From positions 18,477-82,476 of IMG/VR virus record IMGVR_UViG_3300025789_001553: a stretch of 64,000 nt of DNA. One strand, 5' to 3'. Both the position numbers and the translations under genes were made by a program. Below are positions 20,190 to 27,966 of the stretch, piece by piece; the first letter of the stretch is position 1; each line of letters begins with the position of its first letter. This DNA is from a virus. Under the pieces are notes generated by a model. The model did no database searches. It was not told the DNA's origin and worked only from the letters and a program-made list of their open reading frames with translations.

Positions 20190-20599
20190 ATCTTTAAACT
20201 TTCAGGTTTGGTAGCACGAATATATACCTCGCCCCAAACTTCTAACTCCCCCATAAGAGCTTGAAACTCTTTTTGAGATAATTTATCTAAATTTGCTAAC
20301 TTAGCATAAACCTCTTCTGCCATTTTTTTATAGTGAGCATTTGCTTTATCGCAATCTTTATTAGGATCTTTTTCCATTTTCTCACATTCTGCATAAGGTT
20401 TAGCTTTAGCAGCAAAATGAATAGCTGTTAATGTAGCAAAACCACCCTTTTCTTTTGAACTATGTGCAATCTTAGCAGCTCCAGCAGCTCTTTTTTCTAA
20501 GAATTGCTTCAATGCTTCTTCTGTTTCGGGTTCAGGTTGAACACGTTTTTCAAGCATTAATTGATACTGTTCTGCTAAAACTTTAAGCTGGCTATTCAT
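20186..20599 (-). CDS. Hypothetical late protein with LKVLAEQY leader (putative head-internal protein)
   Basis: TAAGTA promoter motif at 20616-20621; shared N-terminal motif. Confidence 0.65.
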   Translation of the reverse strand: MNSQLKVLAEQYQLMLEKRVQPEPETEEALKQFLEKRAAGAAKIAHSSKEKGGFATLTAIHFAAKAKPYAECEKMEKDPNKDCDKANAHYKKMAEEVYAKLANLDKLSQKEFQALMGELEVWGEVYIRATKPESLKI

Positions 20600-20643
20600 G
20601 GTAAATATATTATATTACTTATTGTTCTTTAACATATTTTAAT

Positions 20644-21026
20644 GGGCCTGTACCAGATTCGACTCTGTGGCAGATGTATTAGAAGCAAGCAGGATTAGTA
20701 AATCCTTTATAAATTACTACAAAAACAAACGGCATTATTCAAAGCCTCAAGAACGCAGTCGCTTCTGTAATGGATTCATTCAATACAAGCGAAAGCTTCG
20801 CACTCGCAGCTGCTTAAGCTCGATCGGTTGTAGTATAGATTCTCGCTATATATTATAACCGTCATTTAGCGAGACTGACTATTCAATGGTAGTAGAATAG
20901 CAGGAACACTACCAAACAACTTGTATATCAGCACTATGGATATACATTTTATTAATAGTGCTAAGCTTGTAGAAACTGATAAGAACGCTACGGAACACAG
21001 GGGTGCAACTCCCCTCAGGTCCACCA
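20644..21026 (+). ncRNA. ssrA: tmRNA; tag ORF 20731-20817 (A)GIIQSLKNAVASVMDSFNTSESFALAAA
   Basis: 5' GGGCCTG..GATTCGAC, 3' CAGGTCC-A-CCA with G3:U70 Ala identity pair, PK1 (AGGAT/ATCCT plus TAGTAA/TTACTA), tag ending FALAAA-stop. Confidence 0.93.
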
Positions 21027-21030
21027 TTTT

Positions 21031-21138
21031 ACGGCTGTTAAGGTGACACTATAGGGATCAAGGATGTAAACTTTTTTCACCTTTCTGTTTACGGTATCAA
21101 CGAATTGGCACTCGAGCTTGCAACCTATAGCCGTTACA
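21031..21138 (+). ncRNA. Unidentified structured RNA between tmRNA and tRNA-Tyr
   Basis: Terminal helix ACGGCTG/TAGCCGT plus internal complementarities; flanked by the same T-tracts that separate the tRNAs. Confidence 0.5.
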
Positions 21139-21146
21139 TTTTTTTT

Positions 21147-21231
21147 GGGTATATCGTATAGCGGCAATTACGGCAGACTGTAAATCTGCTGCCTCTCGGC
21201 TTCCTTGGTTCGAGTCCAAGTGTACCCACCA
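21147..21231 (+). tRNA. tRNA-Tyr(GTA)
   Basis: GGGTATA/TGTACCC acceptor, GCAGA-CTGTAAA-TCTGC, long variable arm, CCA. Confidence 0.95.
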
Positions 21232-21235
21232 TTTT

Positions 21236-21310
21236 ACGGACGTGGTATAACGGTCGTGCAACAGTCTCCAAAACTGTCTTATGAGGGTTCAACTCCTTCC
21301 GTCCGTGCCA
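21236..21310 (+). tRNA. tRNA-Trp(CCA)
   Basis: ACGGACG/CGTCCGT acceptor, ACAGT-CTCCAAA-ACTGT, CCA. Confidence 0.93.
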
Positions 21311-21317
21311 TTTTTTT

Positions 21318-21392
21318 GCCCCTATCGTCTAACGGTTAGGACATCGGATTTTCATTTCGCTAATCGCGGTTCGATTCCGCGTAGGGGTACCA
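21318..21392 (+). tRNA. tRNA-Glu(TTC)
   Basis: GCCCCTA/TAGGGGT acceptor, TCGGA-TTTTCAT-TTCGC (one mismatch), CGCGG-TTCGATT-CCGCG, CCA. Confidence 0.88.
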
Positions 21393-21547
21393 GTTTGTAA
21401 GTATTTAAAAATACTATAGAAATGATAGTTTATTCCTATGGATTTTTTCAATATTATATAAGAAACCTTAACTAAGTATTTGTGCTGGTGACATTATCCA
21501 GCATAACAACCAAAGCCCCCGGGCGGCGGTTCTCAACAAAACAACAC

Positions 21548-21733
21548 ATGCAAGTATTAATTATAACAAGTTATCTTGCTGTTGGTGGTCTTGTTAGACT
21601 CGCATACGAGGACTATAAGATAGGTAACAGTAAGACAAAGTCAAAGTTCGTTGAAAATATTAAAAAGTTTTGGAAAGGGTTTAAGGCAGCTTGGAAAGAA
21701 GCTATCTCAGCCCCACACCAACACTTATTTTAA
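21548..21733 (+). CDS. Small membrane protein (N-terminal TM, amphipathic basic tail)
   Basis: MQVLIITSYLAVGGLV; structured leader upstream, terminator downstream. Confidence 0.55.
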   Translation: MQVLIITSYLAVGGLVRLAYEDYKIGNSKTKSKFVENIKKFWKGFKAAWKEAISAPHQHLF

Positions 21734-21756
21734 TATTATAAGTTAGAAAAACAATG

Positions 21757-21790
21757 CCCGGCTTGGAGTAATCTGAGCCGGGTTTTTTTT
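21757..21790 (+). terminator. Rho-independent terminator
   Basis: CCCGGCTTGGA-GTAA-TCTGAGCCGGG-T8. Confidence 0.85.
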
Positions 21791-21822
21791 GATTTTTTAA
21801 CTATACATTATATATATTGAGT

Positions 21823-22485
21823 ATGGATCCAGCATCTTTAAAACAACAAGCACCGTTTGAACATTATGAAATATTTGACTTAAACATTTATGCATTATCG
21901 CGAGAAGTTATTGAAGGATATAGCGTGTTAGATCTGGGCGGTCATTATGGTTTATTTGCTAATGCTTGCAGTATGTGTAACCCTAAGAAAATTATTAGTG
22001 TAGAAGCTAACCATAATAATTTTAAAAAGTATTTAGATAATACTAAAGAATTACCTAATGTAAGGTGTATTAATGCAGCAGTTACCTCTAAACCGAACAA
22101 GATATTAACTATAAGCAATGAAAGCGGTAGCTCGATTGTAGGTAAAGGAGAACAGTTAGTTGCTTCTGTTACTCTTGAATCGTTATTAGAGTTATTTCAA
22201 CCAGATGAAAAATTACTACTAAAGATGGATATTGAAGGATGTGAGTATGAAATATTTTATAAAACACACCCTGACGTGTTTAAGAGATTTGATATGATTA
22301 AGTTAGAAGCTCACAACTTTAACCCTGATACTAAAGGAGATGAAGCAACTAAACTTAAAATGTATATTGAAGCATTAGGATTTCATGACACCGTAAATTT
22401 TCATGTTTTTTCTCCTGAATATGAAGACAAGTACAACGGGTTAAAAGTAGCGTGGTCTTACAATTTTGTTAAAAATAATTTATGA
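21823..22485 (+). CDS. FkbM-family SAM methyltransferase
   Basis: VLDLGGHYGLF, SVEA, INAAV, LLKMDIEGCEY, EAH. Confidence 0.85.
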   Translation: MDPASLKQQAPFEHYEIFDLNIYALSREVIEGYSVLDLGGHYGLFANACSMCNPKKIISVEANHNNFKKYLDNTKELPNVRCINAAVTSKPNKILTISNESGSSIVGKGEQLVASVTLESLLELFQPDEKLLLKMDIEGCEYEIFYKTHPDVFKRFDMIKLEAHNFNPDTKGDEATKLKMYIEALGFHDTVNFHVFSPEYEDKYNGLKVAWSYNFVKNNL

Positions 22486-23117
22486 GCAAATCAACATCAA
22501 TAGATATTAACTACCTGTCATATGCATGTGACAAGCAAGGCACGTGTGCATGGTCATTAAGTGCAGGTAGTTCAGATATAGTACAGGTACCTGCACCTAC
22601 TGATAACAGTACTGTGTTTTTGCCGTCTAATCCTACATCTTTTGCAAGTATACTTAAACTTGCAGATAATGCAATTATTAATCTTTCTGGTTTAGTGGTA
22701 GATCAAGCAAATGAAAATGCAGTAGATGCAAATAATAAAGTTTCAGCTACACTTGAAGGAGTGTTTGGTAATTCTACACCTGGTATCGGTAATCAAATTT
22801 TTAGCGTAAAAGGTAGTAGTAGTGTCAGTATTAGAGGTACGTTAAAAGGAGCGGGTAACCGATTAAAAGCTGATGTACTTGTAGATAACTGGTCAGATCA
22901 AGATTACGGGCCAAGCACAGTCGACTTAACACAAGCTAAACACGAAACAGGTAGAAAGATAAACGTAGTGTACCGTATCGGTTCAAGTAAGATAATAGGG
23001 AATTGCAATAAATTACTGTTACCTTCATTTGGTTTGACATTTTATTTTTATATCAAATTAATTGTTCGTAAAGTGATGAGTATCAAGCAGGGACAGAAGG
23101 GACCAAGCTGGCTTTAA
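22482..23117 (+). CDS. Hypothetical protein (beta-rich)
   Basis: ATGA-coupled ORF. Confidence 0.6.
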   Translation: MSKSTSIDINYLSYACDKQGTCAWSLSAGSSDIVQVPAPTDNSTVFLPSNPTSFASILKLADNAIINLSGLVVDQANENAVDANNKVSATLEGVFGNSTPGIGNQIFSVKGSSSVSIRGTLKGAGNRLKADVLVDNWSDQDYGPSTVDLTQAKHETGRKINVVYRIGSSKIIGNCNKLLLPSFGLTFYFYIKLIVRKVMSIKQGQKGPSWL

Positions 23118-23170
23118 AAATCCTAAATTAAAAAAATATTAAAAAAATTTGCTATTTGTTGATTATAATA

Positions 23171-23178
23171 TATAAATA
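23171..23178 (+). promoter_or_regulatory. T4-type late promoter TATAAATA
   Basis: Exact T4 late consensus 6 nt before the ATG. Confidence 0.55.
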
Positions 23179-23184
23179 TAGCGT

Positions 23185-23952
23185 ATGAAGAAACTATTAA
23201 CATTCCTCGCATTAGTATCATTAACCGTAGCAGCTGTTGCTCAAACTGCAACAGTACTATCACCTGTTAAAGGTGTTAGCGTAAATGCTGGTTTTGATTC
23301 TAAGCTTATTGAACAAGGCGCAGTAACTGGCAACGATTATATCACTGCTGGTGTTGGTCTTGATGTATATAGCGTTGACTTAGCTGTTGAAACGTTTAGC
23401 CGTTATAATGGTTTAACGAAGTACAGTACCGCTACAGTAGCTGGTAAATCAGTTACAACTGCAAGCACAGATGCTTCCGGTTTAAAGCGTACTTACTTAA
23501 CAGCAGGTTATGTTTTTACATCAAATCTTGCTGACCTTACATTAGGTGCACAGCTCCGCCATGCTCAAGGTACAGAAACCTTAGTTGGTGGTTTATCCAA
23601 TGACACATTACCATTCGTTAAATTAAATGGTAAGCTTTTTGGTGGTGCTCTATTGTGGGACGGTATCGCTCTTGATGACACTAAGAACCGTAGCAACAAC
23701 TACGAAGCAAATCTTCGCCTACCATTAGGTGTTGGTTACGGCTTAAAAGTTGTTCCTGCAGTAGGTCTTGGTTTCAACGATCCAGGCGCAGCTACAATTG
23801 CAGCTCTTAAAGCAGACAAAAAGTATGCATCGGCTGGTATCGGTCTTGCATTCAAGGGCTTAGAAGCTAACCTATTCGCACAACGTGGCGATGTTACAAG
23901 CTCAGCAACACAAGTTACTGGTTATACAGTAGGTTATACCTACAAGTTCTAA
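23185..23952 (+). CDS. Outer-membrane beta-barrel protein
   Basis: Sec signal MKKLLTFLALVSLTVAAVA-Q, alternating beta-strands, C-terminal beta-signal VGYTYKF. Confidence 0.75.
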   Translation: MKKLLTFLALVSLTVAAVAQTATVLSPVKGVSVNAGFDSKLIEQGAVTGNDYITAGVGLDVYSVDLAVETFSRYNGLTKYSTATVAGKSVTTASTDASGLKRTYLTAGYVFTSNLADLTLGAQLRHAQGTETLVGGLSNDTLPFVKLNGKLFGGALLWDGIALDDTKNRSNNYEANLRLPLGVGYGLKVVPAVGLGFNDPGAATIAALKADKKYASAGIGLAFKGLEANLFAQRGDVTSSATQVTGYTVGYTYKF

Positions 23953-23975
23953 TAAAACTTAGATATTAATCATTT

Positions 23976-24008
23976 AAAAACCTCTCATTTCGGTGAGAGG
24001 TTTTTTTT
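23976..24008. terminator. Bidirectional terminator
   Basis: AAAAACCTCTCA-TTTCGG-TGAGAGG-T8 between convergent genes. Confidence 0.8.
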
Positions 24009-24209
24009 ATGTTCAGAAATATGAAATTGCATTGCTCTATTGAGCTTATGTAAAAACTTATCTGGTGCAATACCAGCCTTTTCTTGCAATATTAGCTCTT
24101 CTTTCAGAGCTTTCAAAAAACTCTTAGACAGATTAAAATCTCGAGGATAAAAAATCCTTTTTTCCTGTCTAATCATACCGTAGCTTTCCATTAGTTCTTG
24201 AAATTTCAT
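23985..24209 (-). CDS. Small late protein (MKFQELMES leader)
   Basis: TATAAATA at 24223-24230 on the - strand just upstream of ATG 24209. Confidence 0.55.
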   Translation of the reverse strand: MKFQELMESYGMIRQEKRIFYPRDFNLSKSFLKALKEELILQEKAGIAPDKFLHKLNRAMQFHISEHKKNLSPK

Positions 24210-24321
24210 AAATTGTTTATTATATTTATACCTACACCATGAATATACCCTATTTAAACATAAAAAATCCAAAGTTTATACTTGATTAAGTAAAAATATG
24301 GTATAACATAGTATTACACCT

Positions 24322-24819
24322 ATGAGTAAAGAAGAATACGTTAAATTACAAGCTGTTATTGCAGCTTTACAAAAAACTGTAGAAGATCAAGAAAAGATCG
24401 ATGAGATTATTGAATTATTATCCGATAATACGGTAGCTGTTGATGAAACTGCTACACCTGAACAAGCTTTAGATGAAGCTATTAACAATAACGAGGAAAA
24501 TGATGGTTCAGATGAGCCTAAAGTAAAGAAACAATACGTAATGCTTGTTTCTGACACGACTGGTATTATTGATAGAGATCTTACCGGTTGGGTACTTCAA
24601 ATGCCTGAAGATGAAGACGTGAGAGACGTAGTAGATTGCATTAAAAAAGGAGCTTATAATTTTAATGCATCTAAGAAGGGTCAAAAATACCCTGTTACCT
24701 CTATCGGACAAGCAATTGCTAACGTTGGTAACAAGTTTTTTAAGCCTTATAACGTGAGTATTAAGACTAAAGAACCTATTCTCATCGTTACTACTAATAA
24801 CGTTTTACCTCGAGGATAA
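24322..24819 (+). CDS. Hypothetical protein
   Basis: Clean ORF with sigma70-like upstream motif. Confidence 0.65.
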   Translation: MSKEEYVKLQAVIAALQKTVEDQEKIDEIIELLSDNTVAVDETATPEQALDEAINNNEENDGSDEPKVKKQYVMLVSDTTGIIDRDLTGWVLQMPEDEDVRDVVDCIKKGAYNFNASKKGQKYPVTSIGQAIANVGNKFFKPYNVSIKTKEPILIVTTNNVLPRG

Positions 24820-24821
24820 AT

Positions 24822-25019
24822 ATGTCAGGAAAAGGCTCAAAACCACGTCCTTTTTCGGTTTCTCAAGATACATTTGGAGAAAATTGGGACAATATCTTTA
24901 AAAAGAAGCAGCCTGATCACGATAAACATATGGCTGCTACTGATTGGTCCCAAATGTTAGGTGAATTACCGGAAGATTACAATAAAACCAAGAAAAAATT
25001 AAAAAAACTACCTGGGTAA
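24822..25019 (+). CDS. Small phage protein (GKGSKPRP...NWDNIF type)
   Basis: Motif I recognise from small phage ORFs. Confidence 0.6.
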   Translation: MSGKGSKPRPFSVSQDTFGENWDNIFKKKQPDHDKHMAATDWSQMLGELPEDYNKTKKKLKKLPG

Positions 25020-25850
25020 TATGAATCCAGTCGGGTCATAAACCGCTGGACATATTTTCCACCCTTCACAGTACACATCTTTTGGGTCATATTCCCTTAA
25101 GATGTCAGGACCAAACCAAACCCCAGGAGCAATAACTGTTTTGTTGGGGTTTTTTGATAGATAAGCACCCCACCAGGTGAAAGTTGAGTTAGAAATTACA
25201 AAATTTTGACATAATGACAAGAACCAAAGAGCTTTATACGGTTCATATTCTACAAAAACTGTGTTTGGAAACTTAATATTCTCTCTACACCATGGAATAT
25301 CATCGCTTACTACAAAAATTGTATCAACTTTTGGTAGCATTTGGTATGCTTTCTGCAAATAACCAGCAGTAACTACTGGATGACGTGTGGGAAATGTTAA
25401 AAAATCACCTCTACGTACATTAATTACAGCATTTGTACCGTTTACTAATTGAGGATATGTGCGTGTAGCTTCTTCAATAAACTCTTGAGTAGGCCCGAAC
25501 AACTGTTTTACATTTTCTGAATGATCTTTAAAGAATTTTTCACTTTCAAAGTACCCTCTAAACACGGTTGGTAGTGTGTCATGTGGTTTATATTCAGTAT
25601 AATGATATGTTGAATTTATCGTATGCACTGCAGGTGTAGCATCTGGTGCTTTAGGTATAATAAAATCTAATTTGCGATGTACAGTGTCGTAGTAGTCACT
25701 TGTAGATGTTTCTGCATAAGGTAAAACTAACTGTCTATTATGTCTTAATGACTGTGCATATGCATTAGCAATTTGAAACATTTGATTACCTAACCGACCT
25801 ATCAATGTACAGGTAATATAGTTTGAAGATAAATTTAAGTTTTCGTTCAT
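25008..25850 (-). CDS. Glycosyltransferase family 11 (alpha-1,2-fucosyltransferase-like)
   Basis: GRLGNQMFQ, GYFESEKFF, NVRRGDF, SDDIPWC, ISNSTFTWWGAYL. Confidence 0.9.
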   Translation of the reverse strand: MNENLNLSSNYITCTLIGRLGNQMFQIANAYAQSLRHNRQLVLPYAETSTSDYYDTVHRKLDFIIPKAPDATPAVHTINSTYHYTEYKPHDTLPTVFRGYFESEKFFKDHSENVKQLFGPTQEFIEEATRTYPQLVNGTNAVINVRRGDFLTFPTRHPVVTAGYLQKAYQMLPKVDTIFVVSDDIPWCRENIKFPNTVFVEYEPYKALWFLSLCQNFVISNSTFTWWGAYLSKNPNKTVIAPGVWFGPDILREYDPKDVYCEGWKICPAVYDPTGFILPR

Positions 25851-25857
25851 TGTATTA

Positions 25858-26532
25858 TTAAAATTTCTTAACTATTGGGGACTTTATAAAGTTTGTCTCC
25901 CAATGATCTGTGGTAGGCGCAAAACCGTTTATATCTAAATCGCTTGGACTTTGTCTTTGTATTACCGATAACGGGTAAACCACGTATTTGTTGAGTTCGC
26001 CTCGCTCACCAAGCCATGTATCAACAGGACAATGAAAATGTGGATCATACTGTAAGAACATTTTTAGTCCTTTTCTGTTAAACCCTGTAGCATGATTAGC
26101 TAATATATGCTCACACTTAAGTAAATTTTCTGACACTTGTTGTACAGGATTATCAAACACATAGCAGCCTAAATAGATTGTATCCCAATCCGGAAAATTT
26201 TGTAATTGATCTAATGCATTCTCTATATTCTTTAATGAATTAGCATTATAAAATTGTGCATCATCTTCAAGTATTAAAAATCGTTCATAACCTTCTTTTT
26301 CTGCTTTTTTAAATATATTTGCAAATGTTTCACCACAATAATTGTGAACCATTCTCATGCCCTCTTCTGTAGTAGTATCTTTTACTATAGCTTTTGCATC
26401 TATACCAGGCACGCGCTCAAAAAAGCCTTGAAGGCCGGCATCTTTTACTTCCTTTTCAAATAAAGTTCTTCTATCTGCTCTACGATCAAGATTTATATAA
26501 TAACCTTTTTGAAAAAATTCATTAATTTTCAT
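25858..26532 (-). CDS. Glycosyltransferase family 25, paralog 3
   Basis: YINLDRRADRR, ERVPGID, LILEDD, WDTIYLG. Confidence 0.8.
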   Translation of the reverse strand: MKINEFFQKGYYINLDRRADRRTLFEKEVKDAGLQGFFERVPGIDAKAIVKDTTTEEGMRMVHNYCGETFANIFKKAEKEGYERFLILEDDAQFYNANSLKNIENALDQLQNFPDWDTIYLGCYVFDNPVQQVSENLLKCEHILANHATGFNRKGLKMFLQYDPHFHCPVDTWLGERGELNKYVVYPLSVIQRQSPSDLDINGFAPTTDHWETNFIKSPIVKKF

Positions 26533-26533
26533 A

Positions 26534-27229
26534 TTAAAACATTTTTACTAAACGAGGTTCAAGTAACTTGTATGCTTCTTCCCAGTGTGATAAGCCAGGC
26601 GCTCTACCAAACGCATCGATGTCACTCTCCCCGTCTTTTTGCACTACTGCCATCGGATAAACAAAATACTTGTTCATAAATTTTTGCTGACTCAACCACC
26701 CATCAAATATTGTTTGTAAAGTATGATCGTATCTTTTTAATAGTTTAGGTATAACCTTCTTGTTATAACCTATAGCGTGTGTTGTTAAGAGTATATCCGG
26801 TTTTAAAAGGTTTTCTGATACATGTTTTACTTTATCATCTACTACGTAACCACCGAAGTATACCATGTCCCAGTCTGGGAAATTTTGCAATTGATCCAAT
26901 GCTTTTTCTACTATCTGTAAAGCTGGTTCAGAACCGTTATTATAAAATAGCATATCATCTTCACATATTAATACACGTTCATGTGGTTGTTCGTTAATCT
27001 TTTTAAACAATTCGTATACCGTTTCACTAAATGCAGCACCTTTATGTACATGTGCTGGTTCATGCACGTACATTGGATACTCTCTTGTTAAGTAGTCAAT
27101 ACCTGCAAATCTTTCAAACCAACCGTCAAGGTTAATTTTTTTAGCTTCTTCTTCGAACCCCGCTCTACGCTCAGGACGACGATCAAGATTTATATAATAA
27201 CCCTTTTGAAAAAATTCATTAATTTTCAT
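26534..27229 (-). CDS. Glycosyltransferase family 25, paralog 2
   Basis: YINLDRRPERR, LICEDD, WDMVYFGG, TTHA. Confidence 0.8.
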   Translation of the reverse strand: MKINEFFQKGYYINLDRRPERRAGFEEEAKKINLDGWFERFAGIDYLTREYPMYVHEPAHVHKGAAFSETVYELFKKINEQPHERVLICEDDMLFYNNGSEPALQIVEKALDQLQNFPDWDMVYFGGYVVDDKVKHVSENLLKPDILLTTHAIGYNKKVIPKLLKRYDHTLQTIFDGWLSQQKFMNKYFVYPMAVVQKDGESDIDAFGRAPGLSHWEEAYKLLEPRLVKMF

Positions 27230-27230
27230 A

Positions 27231-27914
27231 TTACGGTTTTATTATTTTAAATTTTGAATAGCAATCTAACCAATGCTTAATGTCCGGTGATTTACCGAAA
27301 GCATCAATATCGCTTTTACCTTCTCTTTGAGCTACTGCTAATGGATACACAATATACTTAATTATGTTCTTCCTGGCAGCTATCCACTCATCATATATAC
27401 AATCATGTCCAGGTACATATTGTAATAGTTTTTCAAATACTTTTTTATTATATCCAACTGCATGAGCAGTCAGTATATTATCTGCTTTAAGTAAATTTTC
27501 AGATACTTGTACACCGGGGCAATATTTTAAATAACCACCAAAATATATCATGTCCCAATCAGGAAAATTTTGTAATTGATCTAATGCTTTTTCAACTAAT
27601 TGTAAACCTGTTTCCTGTCCATCATTATAAAATAATATGTCATCTTCGTATATTAAAACTCTTTCATAACCGCTTTCATTCGCTTTTTTGTAAGCATTAT
27701 AAAAAGCTTCCCCACAAGCCATTCCTTTGTTTACATATGATGGTTGATTGATAGCATTAGGGTATTGACGGGTAGATACATCAATACCGGGTACACGTTC
27801 AAAAAAACCTTCAAGACCTATCTGTTTTACCTCTTGCTCAAATTGAGCTTTTCGATCTGTTCTGTAGTCTAAATTTATGTAATAACCTTTTTGAAAAAAA
27901 TCATTAATTTTCAT
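27231..27914 (-). CDS. Glycosyltransferase family 25, paralog 1
   Basis: YINLDYRTDRK, LIYEDD, WDMIYFGG, TAHA. Confidence 0.8.
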   Translation of the reverse strand: MKINDFFQKGYYINLDYRTDRKAQFEQEVKQIGLEGFFERVPGIDVSTRQYPNAINQPSYVNKGMACGEAFYNAYKKANESGYERVLIYEDDILFYNDGQETGLQLVEKALDQLQNFPDWDMIYFGGYLKYCPGVQVSENLLKADNILTAHAVGYNKKVFEKLLQYVPGHDCIYDEWIAARKNIIKYIVYPLAVAQREGKSDIDAFGKSPDIKHWLDCYSKFKIIKP

Positions 27915-27966
27915 TTAATATTTTATTACAAAATTTTATAAAAACCACGGCGACGGTTTTTACACA

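Noticed and set aside
20667-20858. 63-aa ORF in the ORF track
   Set aside because: Lies within the tmRNA, in a different frame from the tag
21031-21134. Canonical HDV-like/theta ribozyme, Y RNA or SRP RNA call
   Set aside because: L3 UCCxCG and P1.1 GG, the Ro-binding GUCCGA/UUGAC helix and the SRP GGAA domain are all missing; kept only as an unidentified RNA
21482-21516. preQ1-I riboswitch-like hairpin with A-rich tail
   Set aside because: Loop is 9 nt, lacks the ligand-pairing C and a convincing P2, and is not upstream of que genes
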